Assembly (NCBI RefSeq): GCF_006345805.1
Contig: NC_042999.1
Location: forward strand, 47,988,001 to 48,052,000
Direction of reading: 5' to 3'
Length of the DNA stretch: 64,000 nt
Source: Octopus sinensis
Lineage: Eukaryota
The first letter of the stretch is position 1, and the number at the start of each line of letters is the position of its first letter. The position numbers were made by a program, and so were the translations under genes. This document shows, piece by piece, positions 25,371 through 39,686 of this stretch. The notes beneath the pieces were generated by a model, which did no database searches, was not told the DNA's origin, and saw nothing but the letters and a program-made list of their open reading frames with translations.

Positions 25371-26059
25371 TTCAAGTTGTTTTTATCGTTTATGACAAAA
25401 AATATATATAAACACATACATGCATGCATGCATATATATACATACACACACACACTCACGCACACAGGCACACACAAACATGTATACAGATATGGATAAA
25501 GACATACACCTACACATATATACACTTATATACAAACACACATATATATACACATATATATACACACATATATATATATATACATACACACACACACACA
25601 CATATATATATATATGTACACACATAGGTAATGTTCATTTTCTTAACTTTTGTGACAAAAAATATATATAAACACACACATACATACATACATACATATA
25701 TATATATATATACATACACACACAGACATATCTATATATATATACACATACATACACGCGCACATACACACACACACACACGCACACACACATATATATA
25801 TATATATAATGAATTCGCGCATATTTTTATTAACTCAAATAATGTTAGAACATCTATCAAGTTATGAAGATCAATGCCTTTGTCAAATTTTCAGTATATT
25901 TAACACCTATATGTGCAGTTGCAGTCATCCGCCTTCCTTACACACAAACTCGCAAACACACACATTCACATAAATATATGTATACACATATGTGCGTGCG
26001 TGTGTGTATGTGTGTGTATGTGTTCGAGCGCTTATGTATATACATACATGTGTATGTAT

Positions 26060-26260
26060 ATGCGAGTTTTTGATTTAGACATTAGACTGTGGCCATGTTG
26101 GGTAACCATATTGAAGAATTTTCAATCGAAAAAACCGATCCCGGTTTTTATAAATTTTAAACCCGGTTACTTCATATATGGCGGTCTTTGCGAAACCGCT
26201 ACTTTTCGAGAACAACACCAGTGGCCAAATGCCAGTGGGGGACAGACACCCACCACACAA
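26060..26260 (-). mobile_element. diverged 3' half of a family A SINE
   Basis: gactgtggccatgttggg...cggtctttgcgaaaccgcta...gggggacagacac resembles the reverse complement of the family A tail. Confidence 0.5.
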
Positions 26261-26539
26261 ATATGTGTGTATGTTTGTGCGTGTGTATGTTTTTGTGTGT
26301 GTGTATGTTTGTGTGTCCGCGCGCGCACCTTTGTGTATTTGGTTGTCAGCACTACTGTTTGATAATCGATATTGGGGTGTTCACTTCTGGTAAATTAGCG
26401 ATTTGTTAAAAGAACCGATAGAGTAAGCATCAGCCTATCAGACATAACCAACAATAAGAGCTGGTGACTTTAAATTTGACTAAAATTCGTCACGTATAGG
26501 TGCTACAGCATCGTCGCAGGCTGACGACCGGAACAATTT

Positions 26540-26574
<35 letters not shown>

Positions 26575-26575
<1 letters not shown>

Positions 26576-26740
26576 CGTAGGAGGGGCTGTGTGGTAAGTA
26601 GATTGCTTACGAACCACATGGTTCCGTGTTCTGTCCCACTGCGTGGAACCTTGCGCAAGTGTTTTCTACTATAGCCTCGGGCCGACCAAAGTCATGTGAG
26701 TGGATTTGGTAGACGGAAATGGAAAGAAGCCCGTCGTGTA

Positions 26741-26772
<32 letters not shown>

Positions 26773-26997
26773 CATATACATATATGTATTTATATGTGTA
26801 TATATGTTTGTGTGTCTGTGTTTGTTCCCACAACATTGCTTGACAACCGATGCCGGTGTGTTTACGTCCCCGAAACTTAGCGGTTTGGCAATAGCGACCG
26901 ATAGAATAAGTACAAGGCTTACAAAGCAGAAGTCCTCGGATCGACTATAAGCGGTGCTCCAGCATGGCCACAATCACATGACTGAATCCAATAAAAG
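26575..26997 (+). mobile_element. CORE-like SINE (family A), full length
   Basis: Head gcgtaggaggggctgtgtggtaag, CORE-like block, central (TA)n, and tail gcggtgctccagcatggccac...actgaa. Confidence 0.88.
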
Positions 26998-27715
26998 TGT
27001 ATATGTATATATTCTCTTTATACACGATTGTGAAGGAACGATAGCTGTAGGAAATGTAGTGAAACTAAGAATGCGATTCGTTGTATGTATTTACCAAATA
27101 TGTTGTATTCAGTAGATGTAGAGATATAGAAGCAGGAGTGAAATAATGATAGCGTATATCTAAGAAGACCACAGTTTTGTATAGAAGCATTTATGAAAGA
27201 AAAATAAACTATGTTGAATTGAATGAGTATAGTTTGCTTTTATTCTCACATCACCATTGTATTGGTAATATTGGATGAAACATTCGCAACTATCAACATG
27301 ATCTCTGTGTGCTTCTGCCTCTGTACAAACAAGCACGCATATATTCATGCAAACATACATAAATGCTCACATGCATAAATACTTACATACGAAAATACAT
27401 ACATACATATATATATATGTGGGTGTGTGTGTGTGTGTGTGTACATAATTAAATACGTACATATATGCATTTATTTACCAGTAACTATGTGTGTGAGAAC
27501 ACGTACGTGAAATAAAACGTGCTAATCTCCAAATACGAAAGAAAGTATTGCACAAATACACACAATGTACATAAACACCCTGTTGATATTGTTGAAGTTC
27601 GAATGAAGCTGCCTTGGATCTAGGTGAGAAGATGGCTGTTTCTCTAGTGTCAAAGAAATAAAACTGAAGAAATATATGTATGCGTGTATATATAAAACAT
27701 AATTGTATCTAAGTC

Positions 27716-27761
<46 letters not shown>

Positions 27762-27764
27762 GTG

Positions 27765-27814
<50 letters not shown>

Positions 27815-27925
27815 GTGTGTGTATGTATGTATACACACATAAACACATAACTGTATATTTACATAAATACATATAGATATGCATATATATATACTTGCAT
27901 ATACACACATACACATTCAATATAT

Positions 27926-27990
<65 letters not shown>

Positions 27991-30539
27991 TGTATACTTA
28001 AATGTATATAGATATCTGTATATATTTATGTATACATATATAATGCACACAGATTTACACATATACAAAAATACCTACGGAAACGTAAACACGTTCAGAC
28101 ACACTCTTTCCCATATATGATTGTATAATGCGTATAGCTATTACATGCATCATTTTCAATTCCGTGACATTCAGACTAGCACTACACGACCGATATGAAT
28201 ATACAATGAAGGAGGAGCTACATCATTGAAATAAATTTTAAAATGGCGATATTTTAAATCTCGGTGTAGTGCGATATTTAAAGAATACCATATTTTTCAA
28301 GCAATATTCAATGAAACAATAACATAAAGAACGAAATAAATTTTGCCGATAGTATTTAATTCTATAGCAATTAATTCCGTTTAAATTATGGATAATTTCG
28401 TTATTCGTGTACCGTAAAAGAAATACTATCGCAAATATCATCTTGTTAGTAATGAAACATGATCATATATGCAGTTCCTGTCATTTATTTCGATTAGAGA
28501 GACAGGCACCGAATAAATATTTCCGGCCTCGTAAATTGATTCCTTAAGAAAAATATATTGTATCTCTGAACACAATCCATGCTCTGATGAAGGTCCTTTA
28601 ATCACTAATACTCAGACTAATTTCACTAAGTAAGATCACTCCAAGCTGTAGGAGAATTGAAGGGCATATTGAATATTTAGGGAGGAACATGCTACGCTTT
28701 TTAAAATGAACATTCGGTGAGCGCATGCATGGTGTTGTAATTAAGAATCTCGCTTTGCAACCACAAAGACGACCAATGAATTTGTGTCAGACGGGAATCG
28801 AGTTATGATGTCTGTTACATATATATGATATATGTGTATATACAAGAATCAAACGTCTTTCTCCAGACATAGGCTCCTAAGAACTGTTTCACGGATTCTG
28901 TGACGTAGTATGTATCCCCCACATTGGACGGGATACTTGTTCATAGCAGGATTCCATATTCTTTTTTTGCCAGACGAATGGACATGAGCAACTTGAAATG
29001 AAGTGTTTATCTCAAGAAAACAATGCCCGTTCCAGGAGTAGAAACCACAATCAGACGAGCATGAGCAAAACACGAGTACGCCGTGTAACCCCACTCATAC
29101 ACACATTGACGCACACTATCCAACTTGACAACCACTAGACAGCAGGTACATATTTGTTTAATTCCTCAGTAGTAGCGGTTCAGCATAAAATTCCGTTAAA
29201 ATAGACACCAAACGTAAAATTATACACATCAAGCTGTTACCAGAGTATAGACACTATCCAATGATTGAGACACTAGTATATAATACATGATTTTCGTGAT
29301 TGCAGACATTAAATCTTAGGTGAGACCAATTACGGTTACTCATAAGCAAAACATCATTAATGAGTCAAACTCGGGATCTGTACAGTTTGCTTTAAACATA
29401 AGACAAATATTTATGAAATGCTCCCCAAACACTTAAAATGACAGAACGGTTATTTTCTGTAAAGTTAAGTAAGTCTTGCCTTGAACGAAAACACATGCCA
29501 TAATTTTCCTTATTTCTCGCCGAATGGGAATAAATATCATACAGCTATAAAACGACATTCGTTTGGAGTCGTTCCTAGAGTTAAGTTTAATGGGATGTGA
29601 AGCGCGATTCTCGTCGTCTTGGACACCGCTTAACGATGATTACATTTATATGACCTCAAACACGCCCTTCCGTTTATTATTCAGTTGCGAATTATAAACA
29701 CATCTTCAGGAGCATACGCACATACATGCTCGTAAAAGTATGTGTGTGTGTGTGTATGTTTCACATTTGTGTGTGTGTATATCACAAAACACATATACTT
29801 AATTATAAAAATAGTGCACAGGAAGTAGGGAAACATAGAGCGGAATAAGTAGAGGGTTATTTAAAGGAAACCACCTCACCACCTTAAACAAAATAGAGCA
29901 GAATTAACAAACGAGCTAATAATAAAGAAACAGACAAACTATAGTTGATTGCCTATAGTAGTTTTAATTTAGCACCCACACGGTACATTGCAGCAATATC
30001 TGTTGAACATTATTTCATTGCTTTCTATATAGGACATGGGAAAAATAAAAGAAAATAGTTAAAAATATTAAAAATAATAACAACAAAAATAAAATACAAG
30101 TTTCCTTCTCTTCATTTTCTCCTTTTTTTTTTTGCTTATGTCTTTTCTTAATACAAAAGAAGTATACATTTGTGTGTACGCGTGTGTGATATAAATAAAT
30201 ATCACTGTGTTATGCGCTTTAAATAGAATGCGTTTGTTTGTTTCTATGCCGTTATGAAATCAATCAATCAATCAATACTGCATTTTAATGGTAGAATCGT
30301 GTGTCGCTTCAGCATACCTATGGCTGTTTCCTATTTTCTTTCAGTTTATCTCATTTATTTTTTTTTTGGTTCTTTTTTTCTGTTTATTTTCTATCGCGTG
30401 TAAATGATGTGTAAGACATTGTTTTACTATCTGCGTCATTATTTCTGAAGGACAAAAGTATCCAGCCAAGCAACCGCCTGGGTTATATGCCAACTGTAAT
30501 AATAAACGCTTACACACTAACATACAGATGCATACACAC

Positions 30540-30626
<87 letters not shown>

Positions 30627-30641
30627 ATGTATATGTATATA

Positions 30642-30689
<48 letters not shown>

Positions 30690-31486
30690 CACGTGCATAC
30701 ACACACATATATACACTCACATTCCTATAGTAGACAGTATTGTGAAATTTGATTCAATGCATTAAAGAAAGCAGCTACAAATTCCATTGCTTATATTGGG
30801 CCAAGAACAAAGGAATATGAAAACTAAACACCGAAACTTGTATCTTCTTTGATATTTTAGTTTTTACCAAAGGGTCTTCATTGAGAGACATTAAAACTGA
30901 ACTCATCTGAGACGTAAGTAAATATTTTCATAGCTTTAATATACATAAAATTCTGTAGGTAAGTCGTTGCGTTCGCGACCATGTGGTTAATTTTTCTGTG
31001 AAATATTGTAATATACTAACGTCAAAGAAGTTGCCTAAAACTCTAAGTATCGATTTTGAATAATTAGATTATGATGATGTTGGTTTATCATACTTAACGA
31101 TTGTAAGCAATTATAAACCCTAATACCTAATCTGGTGCTGGATCTTTTCGATTCACACGCGACTAATCACGTGTTATAACTGGATATAATTAATATACAC
31201 ACATATTCATCCTTGAATGGGTTTAGCAACGATACCGGTTCGAACCATACATTAAAGTAGTAATGTTGAAATATTGGATTCAAAATTTGGCACAAGGTCA
31301 TCAATATTGGGGTGTCGGAAAGTCAATTACAACGACAGCGCTATATTGGTACTCCTTTTCCTCAATGGGCTATCGGTCCTGCCACAACGCCTTATATTAA
31401 TGCTGAAATGTTGAAATATTTCAGTACTCGTAAAAAAGATACGAATCAAAAGCAATCGTGTCATCAATATTCGATGGTAGAAAGAA

Positions 31487-32130
31487 GGCGGCAATCTGAC
31501 AGAATCGTTAGCACGCCGGGCGAAATGCTTAGCGGTATTTCGTCTGTCGCTACGTTCTGAGTTGAAATTCCGCCGAGGTAGTCTTTGCCTTTCATCTTTT
31601 CGGGGTCGATTAAATAATTACCAGTTACGCAGTGGGGTCGATGTACTCGACTTAATCCGTTTGTCTGTCCTTGTTTGTCCTCTCTGTGTTTAGCACCTTG
31701 TGGGTAGTAAAGAAATAGGCATTTCGTCTGCCGCTACCTTTTGAGTTCATATTCCGCCAAGGTCGACTTTGCGTTTCATGATTTCGTGGTTGATTAAATA
31801 AGTACCAGTTACGCAAAAGGATCGATGTAATCGGCTTAATCCCCTTGTCTGTTCTCCTTTATCACTTCTATGTTTAACCCCCTGTGGGCAATAAAGAAAT
31901 AAATATTCGATGGTAGAAAGAAGGCGGCGAACTGACAGAATCGTTTGCACGCTGGGCAAAATATTTCGCAGCATTTCATCCGTCTTAAAGTTCTGAGTTC
32001 AAATTCCGACTTTACTATTCATCCTTTCGGAGTCGATAAATTAAGAACCAATGAAACACTGGGGTCGGTGAAATCGACTAGTTCCCTCCCCCTTAATTTC
32101 AGGCCTTGTGCATTTAGTAGAAATGATGAT
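31487..32130 (+). mobile_element. cluster of three family B (Meta-like) SINE copies
   Basis: Copies at 31487-31719, 31720-31901 (headless) and 31923-32130 (alternative tail). The core gcctttcatc.tttcggggtcgat.aa.taagtacc resembles the Meta domain. A 21-bp direct repeat lies at 31466-31486 and 31902-31922. Confidence 0.85.
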
Positions 32131-32557
32131 GGAAAAAAAATGATTGGGTGACTATCCCAACCCATGGACACCTGAAAATAGACATGTGCAAACACACACA
32201 TATAAATACGTACATATATGCAGATGCACGTATACATATGTGCATACAGATGCAAAAGGTGTAAGGGGACACACACATGCTTTCAAGAATTGTGTATAGT
32301 CTTTTCTGGTAAGAAAGTCAGTATATCAAAATATGTTTGTTTACTAATGTTTTCTGAAATTCCTTTGCTATGTGCCAGACGATATTGTGCACAACACCTT
32401 GTATGTGTATAAGAGTAGTTAGTCGGAAAGTCCGTGCCCCGCGTGAGACTGGTGTTTGAATATGTTTAAAATATAAGAAAATACATACACGTATACGTAA
32501 ATGTATCTACATTTGTACGTCTGTTTGTCACTGTCTCTCTCTCATACACATTCTCTC

Positions 32558-32699
<142 letters not shown>

Positions 32700-34302
32700 C
32701 TGGTGTGGGTGGTGGCATGGTGTAAGAATATATTCGTGGGGGTTTTTATCTGCATGTGTGCGAGCATTGGAGTTTTCTTTCTCACTCCAAAAAAATGGAG
32801 ACACATAAATTAATAATAACCTGTTATGTGCGGAACAAATGTTACATCAATATTTAAGCGAATAGTAAGAATATTGTCATTGTCTCTTATTCTTCATTAC
32901 ATCTCAAAGGAGCTTTCAAAAAATGGCCTCTGAATTCTTGCTGCTTAATTATATATAACGCAATATAATGGACAATAGCCCAAAAGGAAAATGAAAACTG
33001 AATAACAATAATACACGAAGAGGTGGAAAATTCGGCCTGAGTAATGCGTCAATGGAAAGCCGTTAAATTCTATTTTACGATAAAGGTATGTAGAACGGTT
33101 ATTGGTATAACTTAGTGAAAAGATAAACAAAGATATCGAATTGATTAGTTTTAAAAAGAGAGTTAACTTATGACATTTTTTTTTCTGATAAGCCTGAGCG
33201 TACTTCATGATAAGTGTACTAGGTTTTATGTGAAATATGCGGGATGAAATTAAAACAAATCTATAATATAATCGGTTAACTGAGGCAGTATTTTTTAAAA
33301 AAATGCTAAAATATTGAATACTTTTATATTATTTTATTGCTTATAACTAGAGTAACGTAATGGTTGTTATAAAGGAAATGAAGACGAGTCAGATGACTGG
33401 TGAAAAAAGCTATTGTCTTATTCTAAATGACATATATCTAAAAGATACAAAGTGATACAAAATTAACTGTTTTATATTTGGGAAATTCGCAGTGAAACTA
33501 TTTCATCCGAGTTTCAAGAGAGTGAAAATGTCCCGGGGAGTGACTAACAAGGCTTATTTCTTAAATGAAAACAGATGAATACAGTATAATATAGATATGT
33601 TTGAATTCATAAATAATTCAGAGATACACATGGAGACCCGCAAACTAAGATTCTCATGCTGTTTCGATTTTTGTTGGTTTTATGAGTCTGTTGTACTTAT
33701 ATAATTAATGCTCATATAAAGCTTAGCTATCGATTTTGTTTTCTGCGTGTGTATGAGTGTGTGAGGGAGAGTATATATGTGTGTGTGTGTGTGTGTGAGT
33801 ATATATGTGTTTATAAGTGTGTGTACATCTGCACTATTTATTTTAATATACATATTGTTGAATACATATCGTGCCGTTTCTTTCCACTACTGTATACCTA
33901 TACAAATATAAACTTGCACACATACGCACGTACACTCACACACACATACACACTCACACACACATACGCACAAGTCCATCAAAGAATATACCTGTTCTAG
34001 TAAATAGTTTCATTTGTCTGAACTATTTATTTTACATTTTAACTCTTTGCAGTAGTTTGGAAAAAAATACATTGTGTTTATCTTTACAAGTCATTTATTA
34101 TCAGACTGATATGGCGATGTATACGCGCGGGTATGACTGCGTGATAAAGAAGTTAGCTTTGGAACAAAATGATTTCGAGTTCAATCCCACTACGCCACAA
34201 CTTGGACAATGGGGTTTTACTACAACCTCGGATCAACCCACTCTATATAGTATATGCGGTAGGTGATAGACACAAATGAGGAGAATATATATATATAATA
34301 TA

Positions 34303-34333
<31 letters not shown>

Positions 34334-34950
34334 ATATATATAATATATATATATATATATAATATATATATATATATCTGTTATTTACCTCCAGTTAACA
34401 TAGCGCTTCGGCAAAATTATGCGAAATCTTAAGTATCAAGTTTACAGGCTGATTTCTTTGATTCAATGTTTCAAGCATGTCGCCTGTCTCCGGGATATTT
34501 TGATCTTTTCTGTCAGAAACGACTTTTGTACAACCAGTAATCATCTAACTCTGTTTTCTGAAAATACCCCAATGAGAACTCCTCACTTACATGGTGGAAA
34601 TTATTTTAAGAAAAGCAACAACATACAAATTCTGAAGTATCTTTAAACATGACACTGATAGATATCAAAACTGCCATGTAAATATCAGAAAAAAGAAATA
34701 TGTTACTGTTGGTTTGAGAATACATGCCTTGTCACTACAAACGAATGAATTTTTCACTCAAGCTGTAATGAATCAAAAACACACTACTCCCAACCTTTTA
34801 CGCAAGAATCAAAAATAAAGTCACTGCCGATATGAATAAATGCGTAGTATAACATAGAGTTGGACAACAAATACACCTATTTCCTTTTAAAATGAAATAA
34901 CAATACGATATGATCTGTTGGTGTAATCGACTAAAAACTATCCCAATATT

Positions 34951-34985
<35 letters not shown>

Positions 34986-34986
34986 C

Positions 34987-35120
<134 letters not shown>

Positions 35121-36117
35121 TATTGAAATGGATAAATGAATTATCTTGTTTCGGATTATTCAAAAGATAACCGATACCTGGGTATCAAAAATCACAACAC
35201 AAAAATCACGGTTGAGGTTACGACCATGAGGTCTCAAACCCGTGCCTTAATGCGGAAATTTGAAGTTTATATATTTAGTGTAGGAAGAAATGGAGCTGAA
35301 CGAAGATTTAACAAATATTCCTTTTTATTATTTTCTACATATGTTTCAAAGGCTGCAAAGTCCCTAATTCGGATTGAATAAGGAGACCATTTTGCAGCCT
35401 TCTCTTCAGGAAAATCCAGGAACTTAATTCTCCAACAAAATGCGCATCAAACTTTTCGACAAACGCTCGCGAGGAGCCCATGGGATAAAAAAAAAAAAGA
35501 AAATAATAAAAAGCTTCCTTTACTAAATATATATATATATATATATATAGATCGATAGCAGAAGTTGGTCACGTGTGACTTCACATTTAGGTTTGATAGG
35601 GAGGCATATAATGTCAAGTAGTCACACAGTATATCCTCCATCTTTTTGAGGTATAGTGTATGTAAACTTAGATAGCATCATAAGTCATTGTCTTTAAGTT
35701 GGCAGAGTGTTTTTTTCAATAGGGTTGGTCTGAGTTTCTAGTTTATCTCTGAGAATATATTGTTGACTTTATTTCACGATTTACACTACGATAATGCAAT
35801 TTATGACACCGGGCAATTTTCAGTTCGATATCAGGAGCTGAGTAAGAACAGGCACATCCAACCAGCTATAATATATGGATGATAATTATTTTCTTGTCGT
35901 TGATGAAGCAGATATTACTTCATGAGTTTTAGTATAAACCCGTCACTTGACTATAGTGTCCTGTCACGAAATCAAAGATGTCTAAAAACTCATTTCTCTT
36001 TCATGGAATTTAGAATTAGTGCATGTAAACATAAATATATATGGCTTTTAAATTCAATTTTACTGTGCCGTGCATGAAAAAGTACAACGCATTAATTGTA
36101 ATATTTAGTTTCTATAA

Positions 36118-36535
36118 GGCGGTGAGCTGGCAGAAACGTTAGCACGCCGGGCGAAATGCGTAGCCGTATTTCGTCTGCCGTTACGTTCTGAGTTCAAATT
36201 CCGCCGAGGTACACTTTGCCTTTCATCCCTTCGGGGTCGATTAAATAAGTACCAGTTACGCACTGGGGGTGATACAATCGACTTAATCCCTTTGTCTGTC
36301 CATGTTTGTCCCTTCTGTGTGTAGCCCCTTGTGGGCAGCAATGAAATAAGAAATATTTGCACACCGGGTGAAATGCTCCGTGGAATTTCGTCTGTCTTTA
36401 CGATCTGATTTCAAATTTCGCCGAGATCGAATTTGCCTTTCATTTTAAATTAAGTACCAGTTGAGTACTGGTGTCGATTTAATTGTTTGGCCCCCTCCCC
36501 TCGAAATTCGGGCCTTGTGTCTAGAGTAGAAGAGA
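36118..36535 (+). mobile_element. two tandem family B SINE copies (standard tail then alternative tail)
   Basis: 36118-36350 is complete. 36359-36535 is headless and has the ccctcccc..aattt..ggccttgtg tail also seen at 32080-32130. Confidence 0.85.
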
Positions 36536-37056
36536 ATATTTAGTTACTTTTAGATAATATAGCATAGAATCTCATATATTTAGATCTTAACACATATGCA
36601 CATCATTCAGTAAATTTGACACCATTCACCGGCGTAAAACCTGTCGTTCGCTAACAGAGGGGTACGTGCGAAGAACACTTGGAAAAAGATATAATGTCCT
36701 AATTATGCATAATGGAAGCACTAACATTTCGGAACTTTTTGATTCCCAGTAAACAGTCACAATATATACGATTAATGATAATCCTCAATGTTTGTGCGTT
36801 GGAGCAGAGATTTAGCTACATGAGCAGCATGAAAATACTGCTAAAAAACAATATACTTGTATCCGTTCTCACATGCATGTATTTAGATATTTCCTTGACC
36901 GATCGCGCAAGATGATGCGCGGTTTTATATAAATTTATGATTCGTTCAATAAGACACATATACTTATGTTGGCAGCCACAGAAGTATATAAAAAGATATT
37001 TGAAAGTCAGTTCGTTGAAAATCAATGTTCGCACTTAATGATCATACAATTTTGTG

Positions 37057-37110
37057 CCCCAGCATGGCCTCAGCCGGATGGCTGAAACAAGTAAAAGAGT
37101 AAAAGAGTAA
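37057..37110 (+). mobile_element. isolated 3' tail of family A SINE or its partner LINE
   Basis: ccagcatggcctcagccggatggctgaaacaagtaaaagagtaaaagagtaa. Confidence 0.7.
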
Positions 37111-37684
37111 TATAATTGTCGCTGTTATAATGGTCATTAAATAGTAAATATGTTGATAGTGTAGATGTAAATCTTCTCAGAAGAAAAAAAAAATCATTAA
37201 CAAATGTAATGAAAATATTAAAACAGGAACAAGATATCAGCATTGGCTGCAGACAGTGTTCATATAATTTGCAATCGTGACCGAAATGTCTCAGTTTGTA
37301 ATTATTGTTCGACATAAAAATAGTCGAGTATTTAAAGAGAATCACAGGCATCATGAGTGATGGCGACATCATTCTATTTTAGATTGCGGTAAAACAATAC
37401 AAGTGAGCATAGTTATAGCATTTAAGCAGCCCTCAGACTTACAAGAAATGAATAAAACTTGTTTGACAGGCTTTCTAATTTAGAGCATCCGCAAAGCCGG
37501 TATTACATAACATTAATTGGCTGTGTTTAAAATAATTTCGAACGACAATGGATGTAGGAGTGGGAAAATTAATTTCTATATGGAATTGTTTTTTCTCCTT
37601 TAGTCCGAAATTCAAATCTTAGCTAACTTCTTCGTATAATCTAGTAGACGAATAAGTATATTAATATAGGACAAATCGATAAGT

Positions 37685-37990
37685 GTGGAGGCGCAATGGT
37701 CCAGTGGTTAGGACAGCGGACTCGAGATCGGACGATCACCGTTTCGATTCACAGACCGGGCGCTGTGTGTGTTTATTGAGCGAAAACACTTAATAGCTCC
37801 ACAAGGCTCTGACAGGGGGTGACGACGACGCCTGTTGTACTCTTTCGCCACAACTTTCTCTCACACTCTCTTCCTGTTTCTTGAGTAAGGCTGCGATGGA
37901 CTGGCGTCCCGTCCAGCTGGGAGGAACACATACGCCATAGAAACCGGGAAACCGGGCCTATGAGCCTGGCTAGGCTTGAAAAGGGCGAAA
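37685..37990 (+). mobile_element. tRNA-head SINE (family C), tail variant ii
   Basis: A-box TGGTCCAGTGG and B-box-like GTTTCGATTC. The tail gctgcgatggactggcgtcccgtccag...gaaaagggcgaaaaaaa differs from variants i and iii. Confidence 0.85.
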
Positions 37991-38290
37991 AAAATAGATA
38001 AGTGGGTAAAATTACACATGCATTAAATGATACTGAAATAATTCTAGGAGGAAAATATGGGCGAGTTCAGTTGATTGCTAATAGCTAATGCTGAGGGATA
38101 CATAACAAGGATTTAGCAGTACCATAGAGTGTCGTACAAAGTAGATAGAGGTCTTTGTTCCGGTCCCATACATTCTGAGTTCATACTCAACCATTTGATA
38201 TTCTGCGAATTCATTTGTCTCTAATGCATCACTGTACTCTGGTACTGTATGATATCGGCAGACATTTGTCCTATTTACCTCATCAGAGAC

Positions 38291-38336
38291 ATGGAGCGGT
38301 TATATTTGCTGCTGAGTTTGCTACTCGTCTTCTTAG
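38291..38336 (+). CDS. candidate first coding exon encoding a signal peptide (MERLYLLLSLLLVFL+G)
   Basis: Pyrimidine tract plus cag acceptor at 38286, GACATGG start context, a 12-residue hydrophobic run, and donor AG|GTATGC (phase 1). No homology support; a second frame is also open across the segment. Confidence 0.4.
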
Positions 38337-38599
38337 GTATGCAATTTCAATAGGAGCGCCAAGGTGTTTGTTCAAATCACACCAACAAAGTTTATGACGT
38401 ATGTACAGGGTGCGATGGGTACATTGTCCCTATTTCATATCCTTAATTTCACTCATGCGCGTTGTTTGTTTTCGACTCTGTGGCCCACAGAGTACTGTAG
38501 GGTCAGTTCTGCAACTAGTGCCTATTGTAGAAGGAATTGTAAAAAACATATAAACAAATGTTAACATATACACGTATACCATATCTATCTATCTATCTT

Positions 38600-38634
<35 letters not shown>

Positions 38635-38699
38635 TCTATCTATCGATCTATCTATCTATTTAAATACCCACAGACACACACATATGTATACATACATTC

Positions 38700-38885
38700 A
38701 TGTGTGTGTGTGTTTGCTTAACTCCACTACCACTTGAATACCGGGCTTTTGTCAGAAGATTGGCAAACGGAAGCGATAGCGTAAATACTAGCCTTAAAAA
38801 AACAACTATGTTCGATTCGTTGATCTAAATTTATTCAAGGCGATGTTCCATCAAACCCACAATCCAATGACTCAAACGAGTAAAA
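38700..38885 (+). mobile_element. diverged 3' half of a family A SINE
   Basis: ttggcaaacggaagcgatagcgtaaatactagcctt...aaggcgatgttcca...caatgactcaaacgagtaaaa. Confidence 0.55.
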
Positions 38886-39620
38886 ATATATAAGCAGGTA
38901 TATAACAATACACACAAGCATTATATGATATAAAATAAGTTTGCACTGCTATACTCAGTAAAAAAGATGTATTAAAAAAACACAAAAAAAGAAGAAAATA
39001 TTGTAATATTGTTCTAACGAAGACTCTGATAGTCTTTATCTTTATATCTTACATTTTATAGCTATATTCCTTTTCGTGGTAATACATTAATTGCATTTTA
39101 ATTAATCCTTTATCTAAATGATCTACATGGCTGCAGGTATATCTTGATTAAACCTCGTTATGTTTATTATATTTGTAATATACTTGATGTAAACTAATAT
39201 TGCTACAAACAATATTGAAAGTATAATTTTATTAAGATAAGTATAATTACATATTTCACGAAAATGCATTTATTCATTTCTTCGACAATAATTCAGAATT
39301 ATAAATTGGTTTTACGTTTCCCAGAAGCTTACTTTTAGAGAAACAGCTCAAGATTCGTGCGTTTGTTTTGTGCGTTTATAATTAAACATATTAATATATT
39401 ATAAACACACATATATACACGCATACAGCCACACACACACACACACATATGTATACATACATCTGCGGGTGTCTGTAGAAATATGGTCTCCTCAGTTTGT
39501 TAGATATGCTCTTTAAAGCAGAATTTTTAAGAATTAGAATTAATGATATATCGATACCAGATTCAGCACGAGATGGAATTTAATATGGAGAACAGGATAA
39601 AATAAACGCAATATTCTCAG

Positions 39621-39686
39621 AATAACAAATGGTAATATAGAAAATGGACATTCAGTATATATCCTAGAACCAACAACATTTTCCAA
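39621..39686 (+). CDS. candidate internal exon (ITNGNIENGHSVYILEPTTFS), phase 2-2
   Basis: Acceptor atattctcag| and donor CAA|GTGAGC bound an open frame; product unrecognised. Confidence 0.25.

Noticed and set aside
28849-29094. 81-aa minus-strand ORF in a GC-richer patch
   Set aside because: No recognisable motif and no convincing splice-site pair; several frames are partly open.
37685-37760. tRNA-like sequence with A and B boxes
   Set aside because: It is the head of a repeated SINE family (five copies with SINE bodies) and no complete cloverleaf was evident, so it is not called a tRNA gene.
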